From Macrostomum lignano (lineage: Eukaryota): a stretch of 64,000 nt of DNA. Positions 1-12,905 of this stretch are shown here, piece after piece (position 1 is the stretch's first letter; the number at the start of each line of letters is the position of its first letter). The notes beneath the pieces were generated by a model, which saw nothing but the letters and a program-made list of their open reading frames with translations, had not been told where the DNA came from and made no database searches. A program made the translations under genes and the position numbers. Location of the stretch: positions 62,001 through 126,000 of the forward strand of contig NIVC01000340.1 of NCBI GenBank assembly GCA_002269645.1, read 5' to 3'.

Positions 1-1720
1 CTACAGCAGACTGGCGGCGGGCAAAACTCGAGACTGAATCAGCAGGCCAACTCAGATGGTGAGAATTTGTGGCACCCTGCGTGAACAGACAGCAGGGCGA
101 AGCCACACTTATGAGCCTGACGATTAGAAAGTCAAGTGTACACTCGCAGGCACTCAATTTAGCGCAGCAGGCACTCAATTTAGCGCTGCAGGCACTCAAT
201 TTAGCGCTGCAGGCACTCAATTTGGCGCTGCAGGCACTCAATTTGGCGCCGCAGGCACTCAATTTAGCGCAGCAGGCACTCAATTTGGCGCCGCAGGCAC
301 TCAATTTAGCGCAGCAGGCACTCAATTTAGCGCCGCAGGCACTCAATTTAGCGCCGCAGGCACTCAATTTGGCGCCACAGGCACACTCAATTTGGCACCG
401 CAGGCACACTCAATTTAGCGCCGCAGGCACACTCAATTTAGCGCCACAGGCACACTCAATTTGGCGCCGCAGGCACACTCAATTTAGCGCCACAGGCACA
501 CTCAATTTAGCGCCGCAGGCACTCAATTTAGCGCCACAGGCACTCAATTTGGCGCCACAGGCACACTCAATTTAGCGCCACAGGCACACTCAATTTAGCG
601 CCGCAGGCACTTAATTTAGCGCCACAGGCACTCGATTTGGCGCCACAGGCACACTCAATTTGGCGCCGCAGGCACACTCAATTTAGCGCCACAGGCACAC
701 TCAATTTGGCGCCGCAGGCACTCAATTTGGCGCCACAGGCACACTCAATTTGGCGCCGCAGGCACACTCAATTTAGCGCCACAGGCACACTCAATTTGGC
801 GCCGCAGGCACACTCAATTTAGCGCCACAGGCACTCAATTTGGCGCCACAGGCACACTCAATTTAGCGCCACAGGCACACTCAATTTAGCGCCGCAGGCA
901 CTCAATTTAGCGCCACAGGCACTCAATTTGGCGCCACAGGCACACTCAATTTGGCGCCGCAGGCACACTCAATTTAGCGCCACAGGCACACTCAATTTGG
1001 CGCCGCAGGCACACTCAATTTAGCGCCGCAGGCACACTCAATTTAGCGCCGCAGGCATACTCAATTTAGCGCCGCAGGCATACTCAATTTAGCGCCGCAG
1101 GCACTCATTTTGGTGCCCTGAAGCAAAATGATCGATTTCCATAAAAAGTCACAAGGTGTGGTGGGGAAAGGACAAAGCATTGGCATGTCCTCCCCGGTGA
1201 CGACGCCCCTGGAGGTGCTCAAACTGCTGTCAGTTCAACAGTCCAACACGTATATGTATTACTGTATTAATGTGCATGCATTTGTGGGCACCCTGGCGTA
1301 ACGGCTTAGGCGAAATCCATCTCGAAACCTGAACACCTACAAGCGCGCCAATACTGTACGCAGGCACGCAATAATACACACGCTCACACAGGGTGTACCG
1401 CGGTCCCCCGACTTTCTACTGGTCAAGCGTGTACACTTAGAGGTTGGCCCTTATAGGTGTGAATCGCACAAAAACCCTGTGATATCTAGGAAATCTTGAC
1501 CCTTATAGGTGTGAATCGCACAAAAAACCCTGTGATATCTAGGAAATCTTGAGCCTAAACACTGGTCTCTATCACTGCAGAGGAGAGGTACCGATTCGCC
1601 GAGGCGGCCATCGGAGGCCCGGCATCGTTCGTACAGCGATTAGTGGAGATGTCGGCTTTAGAAGCCGAGACAATTCGACATGAACGGACGAAAGCGTCGA
1701 GAAGAAAGGCGAAAAATTGA
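1..1720 (+). CDS. Last two coding exons (1-58, 1581-1720) of an unidentified gene that starts upstream of the window
   Basis: Donor G|GTGAGA at 58/59 and acceptor CACTGCAG| at 1580 share phase 1. Joined frame reads LQQTGGGQNSRLNQQANSDEERYRFAEAAIGGPASFVQRLVEMSALEAETIRHERTKASRRKAKN* (TGA 1718-1720). Family not recognised. Confidence 0.6.
141..1113. repeat. Intronic minisatellite, 21/23-bp unit CAGGCAC(AC)TCAATTT(A/G)GCGCCG
   Basis: Tandem copies visible directly; they produce the QALNLAP pseudo-ORFs. Confidence 0.95.
1449..1552. repeat. Two-copy direct duplication of about 52 bp (CCCTTATAGGTGTGAATCGCACAAAAACCCTGTGATATCTAGGAAATCTTGA)
   Basis: Adjacent near-identical copies differing only in A-run length. 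Confidence 0.9.
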
Positions 1721-2144
1721 CGATTTGAGATGTATGAATGCGATGAGATGATGCAGCTAGACGGCTTGTTACTTCCAGGATGTATATAGCGCTATATTTT
1801 CTTCAAGTTAAATATTGCCTTTTCAATTAAAAAATCGATGACAGATTTTGCATCTTGCCAAACTTTTTTTCTTCATTCACTCATTAAAACAAACCTGTGC
1901 CCTCATGACTATATAATTAACTATATTAACTAGTAAAATGCATAGAATACTCGTAGCATGACTAACAAATATATACACAGTTACATGCGCGTGAACTACA
2001 TAAAAATGATACTATTTGAAATCAGGGAACTTTGATCTCATTATTCAATACTTAAAAAATCAATTGATGGTTTAATTATATGCTTATAGTCACATTTGAA
2101 AGGTGATTGTGGATGGGGATTATATGGCGATTAATTCACTGGGA

Positions 2145-2417
2145 TTAACTACTAGTCCCAGCGGAATCCTCCGCACCAGAAGCGGGCTGCCTAGCAAAGG
2201 TTTTGCCGCTGGCTGTCAGGTAGGCCTGGCTGATGCGACCCTGACTAGCGATCAGAGTTGCTATGCAATTATTGCTGCAGCTCAGCTCAGAATCAGTCAG
2301 CCGTCTGTCCCACAGGGTGTGCACGCATCTGCTGAAGCAGGACTGCACCATCTGGTTGTAGTGCGTGAGAAACTCGCGCATGCTGGCAGTTTGAAGGGCC
2401 GCTTCAATTTCGTCCAT
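2145..2417 (-). CDS. TIMM10B: Small Tim mitochondrial intermembrane-space chaperone, TIMM10B(Tim9b)/Tim9-like, 90 aa
   Basis: Twin CX3C motif (CFSRC ... CSNNC) with REFLxxYNxM upstream and LIASQGRISQAY downstream, resembling TIMM10B (LRDFLLVYNRMTELCFQRC...LIHSNHRLMAAY). Paralogue assignment is less certain than the family. Confidence 0.85.
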   Translation of the reverse strand: MDEIEAALQTASMREFLTHYNQMVQSCFSRCVHTLWDRRLTDSELSCSNNCIATLIASQGRISQAYLTASGKTFARQPASGAEDSAGTSS

Positions 2418-2479
2418 CGTTGTGTTGGCTGCAATTGTTTTTTATTTTTGGCGCATTGACGAATACGCAGTGCCTTCGG

Positions 2480-3090
2480 GGAGAAGTGGGTAGAGATATG
2501 GAGTGAGTGGAAGAGAAGTGGGTAGAGATATGGAGTGAGTGGAAGAGAAGTGGGTAGAGATATGGAGTGAGTGGAAGAGAAGTGGGTAGAGATATGGAGT
2601 GAGTGGAAGAGAAGTGGGTAGAGATATGGAGTGAGTGGAAGAGAAGTGGGTAGAGATATGGAGTGAGTGGAAGAGAAGTGGGTAGAGATATGGAGTGAGT
2701 GGAAGAGAAGTGGGTAGAGATATGGAGTGAGTGGAAGAGAAGTGGGTAAAGATATGGAGTGAGTGGAAGAGAGGTGGGTAGAGATATGGAGTGAGTGGAA
2801 GAGAAGTGGGTAAAGATATGGAGTGAGTGGAAGAGAAGTGGGTAGAGAGGGAGAGGCTGGGAGAGAAGTGGGTAGAAAGTGGAGTTGACTCGGAGAGAAG
2901 TGGGTAGAAAGTGGAGTTGACTCGGAGAGAAGTGGGTAGAGAGGGGAGTTGACTCGGAGAGAAGTGGGTAGAGAGGGGAGTTGACTCGGAGAGAAGTGGG
3001 TAGAGAGGGGAGTTGACTCGGAGAGAAGTGGGTAGAAAGTGGAGTTGACTCGGAGAGAAGTGGGTAGAGAGGGGAGTTGACTCGGAGAGA
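2480..3090. repeat. Minisatellite with two 32-bp purine-rich subunits sharing GAGAAGTGGGTAGA
   Basis: GAGAAGTGGGTAGAGATATGGAGTGAGTGGAA array (about 2480-2840), then GAGAAGTGGGTAGAGAGGGGAGTTGACTCGGA array. Confidence 0.95.
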
Positions 3091-4220
3091 AGTACATGTA
3101 GGTAGAAAAGGGTCTGGGAGAAGTGGGTAGAGGGGGAGTGCCTGAGAGTAGAGACGTAAATATGACTCGCTCTAACTTTTTAGCAATATGAAATTGAGAT
3201 CAGAGGCAAACAAGCCAAACCAATTGCACGGAGATAATCGCAGGATGCAGCTTTTTACACTTCAATTTGATTATTCAAATTATTAATACGCAGTTGCGGG
3301 TGTGGTATAAGAAATAAATTTATTGATTGTTTTTCACTGTAATAAAATTATATAATTGTTCAAATTTGCGAACACTTGCACCAATACGAGCTTTGGTTTA
3401 AAGAAAATGGAAAATTATTAATGAGAGCTTACTACTAATGAGTGATATAATATGCGAATTGTTTCCTTAAATAAGTAATAAAAACTAAAACGTCAATCAT
3501 AAAGTGTTACATACAGTTAAATATAATTATAATGAGCATACAATGCGCTTAACTAGCTACATAAAAACAAACAAAAAAGCCTTCATACACTGTTGTCAGT
3601 AGCCACAAAAGAAAATTAAGTAAAACTGACGAAATGAAATTGAAAAAAATTTACTTTAATATTTTACAAAAATTTATACGGAATAAAAACTGACAAGCTG
3701 GTACTGCCGTGTTGTGAAAGTCACGAGAATATGTAGGCTGTCGGAACTTCAGTAGTACAGAAAGGCATTAATTATTTTTTTATAATACATGCATAAAGTT
3801 TTAGAGAGCTTTAAAGTACGTGTTACAAGTGACATAGTATATATAATGGGTTATTTTTTAAATAGTAATCAATTTTGTACTGATCTACGTTTATTTATAG
3901 CCAATTCAACCGAAGAATCCAATCCAGAATCTATGTTCATGGATATCCAATTCAATCGAAGCTTCCAATCCAGAATCTATGTCCATGGATATCCATATCG
4001 ATTTTAATTGTTGAATTTTTATCAACTACTTTGACAGCGCAAGGTTTGCAGGTACTTGGAATTTAAAGGCAATTAAAATACAAGCAACGCCTTTAAAGCT
4101 GCGCACCTAATAGCAATAAAGGCAAAATAAGGAGCGAGAGAAGTCACGTGATTCATGAGCGGAGTCGTGAGCCGAATTAACTGGCATCATTCTATATTTG
4201 GCCAGCACAGCTCGCACTCA

Positions 4221-7200
4221 CTAATCAACAGAAGACTGATCCGACAGTATTTCGTCCATCATCATTGCACTGGGCGCTACCATGTGATAGCCCGGATGCT
4301 GCTGCTGCTGCGGCGGCTGCATGGAAACGTCCATAGTTGTGTCGCTCTCCGAAGCACCCGCGTCGGTACCTCCGCCGCCTCCTCCACCGGCGACAATGTC
4401 CAGGGTGTCGTTAAGCTGCAGATTAACCCCGCGCGGATCTAAATCCATAGCCCAGTTGAAGAACACCATGGCTTGATTATCCTACAGTGGAGATTAAATA
4501 GCTCATTTTTTATATCCTTGATAGGCCCTTGACAGGACCGTTTTGAACGCAGATTAGACTAAATAGTAATATACAATTTATTAGAATCGTCAAAGTGGCC
4601 TTAATCATGCTAATAGCTCGATTATAATTCAATAAGCAGTCTACTACACGAAGACTAATAGTGCTTAAATGTTGGTCCGCCTTAAAAGGGCCGTTTTAGC
4701 GATACAACACAAAAATAATAGTTTACTCGTATATCAAAAAAGTACAATCGAGATTCACGATCGAAAATCGTGACTGCCCGAAAAAGGCCGTTTTAACTAA
4801 ATATAGATGAACATATATAATAACATAATTTATATCAATTATTATCGATCGTAAAAATTCCTATGCATAAAAACACCGTCAAATGTTTATGTACTAGTAG
4901 TATTAGGAATACTAACTAGTAGAATACAATTAATATTATAATACAAAAACGGTGCCTCAAAAGGGCCGTTTTTAAAAACGAAAAAGATTACTCACCTGAT
5001 CCAACGCTTTATAGACCCGACCGAGCAGGAAGAACACCCGACTCTCCTTAGGCGTCAGCTGACGCAAACTATTCAACTCCTGGAGGGCATCCTGGTGACG
5101 ACCAAGCGTGAACAGCACCGAAGCGCGCTGATAGCGGCAGAGCGGCATTTTTGGCGACAAAGACTTGGCCTTGGTGAACAAGTCCAGCGCCTCGCTTAGA
5201 CGGCCCATCCTGGCCATAGTGACGCCGAAATTGGTTAGCAACACGGCCGAATTCGGATAGATTCTCAAAGCTTTTATAAAATGACACTCGGCTAGGGCGA
5301 ACTTCTCCTGCTTAAAGTATACATTGCTAATGCCGTACCAGGCGTTGTAAGCGCGCGGTTCGAGTCGAACGGCGGTGCGAAATGCTGCCAGAGCCTTCTC
5401 CAGCTGGTCTATGGAAGTGTACTCCAGGGCTAGTAGTACGTAAGCGTATGCGTAATTAGGATTTACCTGGGCAAATGATGGAGCGAGGTTATCGGGGGTA
5501 GTTAGACTGTTTAAGAATTTATAGCCTTGAGGTAGTTTAAAACCACGAGGGGTATTCCGTATCTGGGGAGTGTTAAGTCACGGAAAGATTTAAGGGTTCT
5601 GGGGAATTCTTAAATGAAAGTCACCGGGTATTCCTATATCAGGGTATTTGGAGCTACGGGGGGTATTCCTATATAAGGGAATCTTAAGCTACAGGGTATT
5701 CCTACATTGCATGTTGGTTATCTGGAGTTATGGGGGTATTCCTATATCAGGGAATCTGGAGCTACGGGGGTATTCCTGTATCAGGGAATCTGGAGCTACG
5801 GGGGTATTCCTATATCAGGGAATCTGGAGCTACGGGGGTATTCCTATATCAGGGAATCTGGAGCTACGGGGGTATTCCTATATCAGGGAATCTGGAGCTA
5901 CGGGGGTATTCCTATATCAAGGAATCTGGAGCTACGGCCTACGGGGTATTCCTATATCAGGGAATCTGGAGCTACGGGGTATTCCTATATCAGGGAATCT
6001 GGAGCTACGGCCTACGGGGTATTCCTATATCAGGGAATCTGGAGCTACGGGGGTATTCCTATATCAGGGAATCTGGAGCTACGGGGTATTCCTATATCAG
6101 GGAATCTAGAGCTACGAGGGTATTATTCAATCAAGGGGTATTTAAGGCTACAGGGGGAATTATTCAAGTCAATTCTTAGCATTAAACACTCAAAATATAC
6201 TACTCACCTGAGTAGCCCGTCGGAAATATTTCAAAGCAATCTCGTGCTCCCTCTGCAAAGAGAAGCAATTGCCGGCAGCGCACCAAGGCTCAACAGCGGC
6301 GCACCTGTCCAAGTCTAGCAGATCTCTAGCTAGCGAACTCAGCTGGGCCTCTTTCTGCAGATACCACAGCGTGCTGCTGTACACGTCCATTCCGCGCAGA
6401 TTCCACGGCTGTCTCTGGCGCAACTCGCTAAACAGCCTACAAGCACCGTGATAATCCTCTAATTCGTAATAGGCCCTGCTCAGCCACTGCAATGCCGGGC
6501 CGCTGTAATGCAGTTTGGGTGGCAGAGATTCCAATAGTTTAGCCGCGTCAGACCATTGGCAATTGGATAGGTGCCGGTAGGCGCTGGCTAGCTGATGGAG
6601 CTGGGGTATTAGCCAAGCTAATCGCTGCTGCTGTTTGTGTTGCTGCTGATGAAGATCGCCACCAATTATGCCTGAGACAGCTGGATTATGCTCTTCTAGA
6701 AGCGACGAAACCTGCTGCTGTTGCTGCTGCTGCTGAGGCTTGTTCTCGGGCTGAGGGTATATTTATAATTAAGGGAATACACCTCACTGTATATCAATCT
6801 AATTGGGTGGTTGTAATATTTTACCTGTAATCTTCATAAGTCTATCTGTAAGCTGTCATTCTATTTGTAATCTGCGTCAATCTGCCTGTAATCTGTCAAT
6901 CTACCTGTAATCTCTGTCAATCTACCTGTAATCTGTCAATCTACCTGTAATCTCTGTCAATCTACCTGTAATATCTGTCAATCTACCTGTAATATCTGTC
7001 AATCTACCTGTAACTGTGATCTCTGTAAATTTACCTGTAACTGTGATCTCTGTCAATCTACCTGTAACTGTGATCTCTGTCAATCTACCTGTAACTGTGA
7101 TCTCTGTAAATTTACCTGTAACTGTGATCTCTGTCAATCTACCTGTAACTGTGATCTCTGTCAATCTACCTGTAACTGTGATCTCTGTCAATCTACCTGT

Positions 7201-10200
7201 AATCTCCACCAATCTGCCTGTAATCTCAGTCAATCTACCTGAAATCTCTGTCAATCTACCTGTAATCTCTTTCAATCTACCTGCTGTAATCTCTGTCAAT
7301 CCACCTGTATTTTGCATCAGTCTACCTCTAAGCTGTGATCCTACCTGTGATCTCCATTCTCCTTCAGGCTACCTGTAATATCAGTAATTCCACCTGTAAT
7401 GTCTGTCAGTCTACCTTTAATATGCGTAATTCTACCTGCAATCTCCGTCATTCTACCCGTAATATTCGTAATTCCACCTGTAATAGCCGTAATTCCACCT
7501 GTAATAGCCGTAATTCTACCTGTAATAGCCGTAATTCTACCTGTAATAGCCGTAATTCTACCTGTAATAGCCGTAATTCCACCTGTCATATCTGTAACTC
7601 TACATACATATAATATCAGTAATGTCTGTCAGTCTACCTGTAATATGCGTAATTCTACCTGTAATCTCCGTCACTCTACCTGGTATGTTCGTCAGTCTAA
7701 TAATCTCCGTTGCCGCTATTAATACCTATATCTCAAGTCAACTGCTATGCATGCAATCTATTATAGCAATAATTAAAATTTCTACTCACCTCGTCCTCCA
7801 TTGAGCTATTATCTTTGCTCCGGAACGACCGACTCCGCCTAGAAATATTGCCAGCCCGCGATGACATCAGCGATCGCGTCTGGGCACGCGTTCGCACTCC
7901 CTGATTGTTCTCCTTGGCGCCCAGTGGCGACATGGCCAGCGCACGATAGTTCTGCGCTACAGGCGTCGACACTGGGAGAACCGTTGCTGTCGCTACCGCG
8001 GATGCCGCGGGTGTCGCAGCGACGGCGGCGATTGCGGCAGCGGTGGACGCAGCCATAGACGAAGGCAAAGGAGTTGAATAGGCCGAGTCTAGAATGTAGG
8101 GGAAATTAACGGCCGAATCGGCTCCTGGAGCAATTTGCTGCTGCTGCTGCTGCTGCCGACCGCTTCTAGGTCTTCGTCGCATTGGCGCGTCGGCGATGGC
8201 TGGCGGCGCCGGGATGACTCCGCTAACGGCTGGAGTGGCAGCTGCAGCTGAGGCGGCGGTGGCTGAGGCAACCGAAACGGTAGCGAAACCAGCGCCAGAA
8301 ACTATTTTTGGGGTAATAAGAGAGAAATGTTATGTTAGCATTTGTCTTCAGTTCAGTGATAAGTGATTAGTAATCCGAGGGTTTCCAATCCAATATTTAT
8401 GTACAAGAGTGTCGAATTCAGGGACTTCTATCCAGAATCTTGAATCTATGTTTAAGGGTGTCTATTGTCGATTTCAGTGACTCCAGTCCAGATTTTTTGT
8501 TCAAGAGTGTCGAATTCAGGGACTCCAGTCCAGATTTTTTGTTCAAGAGTGTCGAATTCAGGGACTCCAGTCCAGATTTTTTGTTTAAGTGTGTCGAATT
8601 CAGTGACTCCAGTCCAGATTTTTTGTTTAAGAGTGTCGAATTCAGGGACTCCAGTCCAGATTTTTTGTTTAAGTGTGTCGAATTCAGTGACTCCAGTCCA
8701 GATTTTTTGTTCAAGAGTGTCGAATTCAGGGACTCCAGTCCAGATTTTTTGTTCAAGAGTGTCGAATTCAGGGCCTCCAGTCCAGATAAGAAAAGTCAGG
8801 GAACATCAATAAAGCAATTATATTAAATTCAAACCAACCAGAAGCATCCGTGGACGCCGCCGATTCCACTGAGAACTGTCGAGTACTATTGCTGTTATTA
8901 TTAGCTATACCAACTGAACTGGCATCACCGCCTAAGCCACCGCAGTCAGCTGACAACGAGGAAGCCGAGGAGGTGTCCAGACCTGCTGTTGCTGTCTGCA
9001 CCTGAGGGCATAATTTAAAGTATTTTTAATATTTAACTAAAATTCGCTATAATTCTCAAGAATTCTAGGGTTAAGGTGAGCCTTTAAAAGCTTCCAAGAA
9101 ACAGTGTCGATCAGTTTAGTGATCCATGGTCCTAACAATGCAGGTCACACGCATCTACTTTACTTAATGGTCCATGGACACTGCTTATCTCCACTTGATA
9201 GTCGATCCATGGAACCAACAATGCAGGTCACTCATCTACCATACATGCGCAACCTTGGGAATCACCCGGCTGTTTCTAATGGCAACACACACATGTAAGT
9301 CGCTATTGGCTGAGAGCAGTCACGTGACTACTATTCCGTCCAATAGCGACTTACATGTGTGTGTTGCCATTAGAAACAGCCGGGTGAATCCCTAGGTTGC
9401 GCCCAAGCATGCTCATCTACTCCACTTAGTGGTCCATGAACCATAAAATACAGAACACTCATCTACTCTACTTAGTGGTCCATGAACCATAAAATACAGA
9501 ACACTCATCTACTCTACTTAGTGGTCCATGAACCATAAAATACAGAACACTCATCTACTCTACTTAGTGGTCCATGAACCATAAAATACAGAACACTCAT
9601 CTACTCTACTTAGTGGTCCATGAACCATAAAATACAGAACACTTATCTACTCTACTTAGTGGTCCATGAACCATAAAATACAGAACACTAATCTACTCTA
9701 CTTAGTGGTCCATGGACACTACAATGCAAGTCACATTTATTTTATTTAGTGGTCCATGTACCCAACAATGGATAGGGCAAATATAAAGCAAATCGTATAG
9801 CTACCGGAAACGCGACAGCAGGATCTGGCGCCTCGCCCAGGCTGCACAATGCCTCGTAGCAGGTCCACAGATAAGGATTAAAGCCCAACGCTCTCCTATA
9901 GCAGTCGGCGGCTCGTTCATTTCGATCTGTACGACGATAAACGTCGCCGAGAAGTTTCAAAGCAAATCCAACAGCTGTGGAATCTTCCGAATTATCGCCG
10001 CCAAAGTCTCTGCAGAGTCTAGATAGATCGTCATTGGCATTCAATCCAGTTTGAATTGGCGTCTGTTGAGCCTGTGGCTGAGTAGTGGCAAATGCTAAGC
10101 CAGTTCGGCTGTTTATCAAGGCGTCCTCTGCTGCGCTCAGGTCGCCAGTTTCTAGGCAGCACTGGGCGTAAAGGTACCTGGGGTATGGGAGACAGGCAAG

Positions 10201-12816
10201 CATCACCATAACCATAGTCACATGCACATATATACCCACAATAGGATAGTGTGTGCATCACAAATCAGGAATTCAAAATATTAAGGCATTGAATTGACTA
10301 TTTTGCTAAATAGTTTGATATATCTCGCCACTTTACTATGCTAATGCAAGTAATATTGGCTCATGTCATCGGTGGCCATTCAATGGCCAGTTGGCGTTAT
10401 GGTGGCGAATTCAAAAACTTATGTATGCACTTAGTTGACATTATAACACCATTACAGGTATCTGCATTTGTCATTTATCACATTATTACACTGAATTTCG
10501 AGGCGATAGAGATTGACAACTTTAGGTTAATGAAAGAAGTGGATTTCTGCGAAGCTGATGCCAAGGAGCCTACATACTGCTTTGATGAGGATCTGGATCC
10601 GCTATCAGACACCAATAGTGACTTGTATGAGCCTGAGAGAAAGCTTGGACACCGTAAATGATGTCCTGGTTCAATACATGCTCTTGTTCAACACTTCTCA
10701 TGTAGGAATGAAATGAAATCAAGGATGGTTTGCCTACCTGTCTATCCAGAAAACTCTAGTCTACTTAATTAAGAAGAACCTACTGGAACTGAAGAGCAAA
10801 AAAACTCTACCTAATTGAGAACTGTGCATATGTTTGATGTGACAGTTAATATGGATGCCTGTCTATAAGTCCTCCAAATTCCAAATTTGGCCCATTTTCA
10901 TAAAGATCAGTTGTTTCACTTAGCCTTTTCTGGTGGCTATCTTTGCTGGCTTGAGCAAACCACAACTATATGAGTACTTAAGTGACTTCTGCAGAAAAAT
11001 CAAAGGTTTTCTATTTGCCTCTATTCAAGCACTTACCCTTCAATGTGCATTTTCATGGTATTAAGTTTGTCTATGATGCTCTGGCTAGAGCCTTCATCTG
11101 CAAGGTCATGGGGCACAACTCACTTGTCTCAAACTAGGTGCCCCAAACTTTTTGTTGAGTAGGCTAGATCAATTTATGTTGAAATGGCTACAGTGTACAA
11201 TTATGTATATTTTGTTGTATTTGCATGAATTTGTCACACAGTATAGTAATCTTTCCCATTTTTCTATCTTTCCATTTGAGAACTATTTGTCAAACATTAC
11301 ATGTAAAGATCCTATCAAAAAAGTTTGTTTGCACCATGTGCCAGAAATCATTTTTTATCAAAAAGTTTGCTTGCACTATGTATTGCAACTTTTTGAAAAA
11401 ATGAAAAAGCAGTAATTTTCTATTTGAAAAATATTGGTAAAACTTGTATATGAATCTGTTTCATAAAAAATGCAATGTTAACATAAATTAATTTTAAAAA
11501 GCTGTCAATATGTCGGCAATTTGTGGCAAACAAAAGTGCTAATAAAAAGAAATCTATATAACTAAGTCTAAAAATTACATGCTAATTTTCTGTCAGAGAA
11601 AATATTGTCTTGTCAGAAGCTTTTGTCTTGTATAAAATTATGCCAATTTTTGTCCTGTGCCATACTGTGCCAGATTTTTCTCTTTTGCCTACTATCGCAC
11701 TAGTATTTGCCAATGCAGTGCAGGTCTAATCTCCTTTTGTACCAAAATTTTCCATGAAAAAAACATCTTCCTATGGGTATATATATTAATAAGCTACAAC
11801 AATAAAGAAAAAACAAAAACATTATGCCTATAAATATTTTATATACAATGAAAATGCCTTGGCTTTAGTTTAGTGCAAATTGATAGAAAGCTAAAACTAG
11901 GCCCTATTTATGAAAAGCCATAGTATTAGTATAGGCTGGGTTTAATACTGGAAAAAAATGACGAGACCTTGTTTATACACCAGGTTTGTGCACCAAAACA
12001 ATTTTTTTCATTTGACATAATAATAATATATCTGCTATGTCATATATGTCTAGATATATCCTGATATACACAAAAAATAGTAAGATCCTTGGCCTTGTTG
12101 TACCCAAGGAAATCCTAGCATACATTTTGCCTTCTGAACTATGGATGATAAATTTAGCAAATATTCTTTGAATATTGGATTTTGGACTTGAGTCACTATT
12201 ATATATAACAAGCTGTTGAAACCCGCAGATTTTGAACCCGGGGAATTCCAATACCCGGAACTACTTTTGCATTTATTCTGAAATCTAAGGCCATACACAA
12301 ACAAATACTTGTTAATAGTTAGTAGGATAGAGGTAGACATAAAATGGAGCACATTTGTTTAAAATTAGGGTTTGAGACATTGTTGGCTGGGGTATTGCGC
12401 AGAATGTTAGGCAATGTCTGTCTGACTCTAAAACATATATTGCTAAACTCTGGTCTCTCCCTAACTCTCCCTACATCCCTTGGATCCTTAAAAATTTCTA
12501 TCGTCTCTTTGTTTCCTCTCATCTCTCTCATCCCTCATCTCTCCTCTCTCCCCTCTTCTCTTGTATCTTCCCTGATCTCTCTTATCTCATCTCTTGTCTC
12601 TTCTTTTCTCTCTCCTCTCCTTTCTCCCCCTCTTCTCTCTTATCTTCCTTCTCCTTTCTATTCTTTTCTCTCTTCTCTTAACTCTTGCCTCTACTCTCTC
12701 ATCTCTCCCCTTTTCTCTCGTCTCTTCCTGCACCTCTTTTCTCTCTCGTCTTTGCTCTCTCATCTTTCCTTTCTCTTCTTTTATCTTTTCTCATTTCTCT
12801 CTACTCCTCCTCTCTT

Positions 12817-12905
<89 letters not shown>

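Noticed and set aside
9412-9716. CRISPR-like regular 46-bp repeats
   Set aside because: Head-to-tail copies without unique spacers, no cas genes, and the location is a eukaryotic intron.
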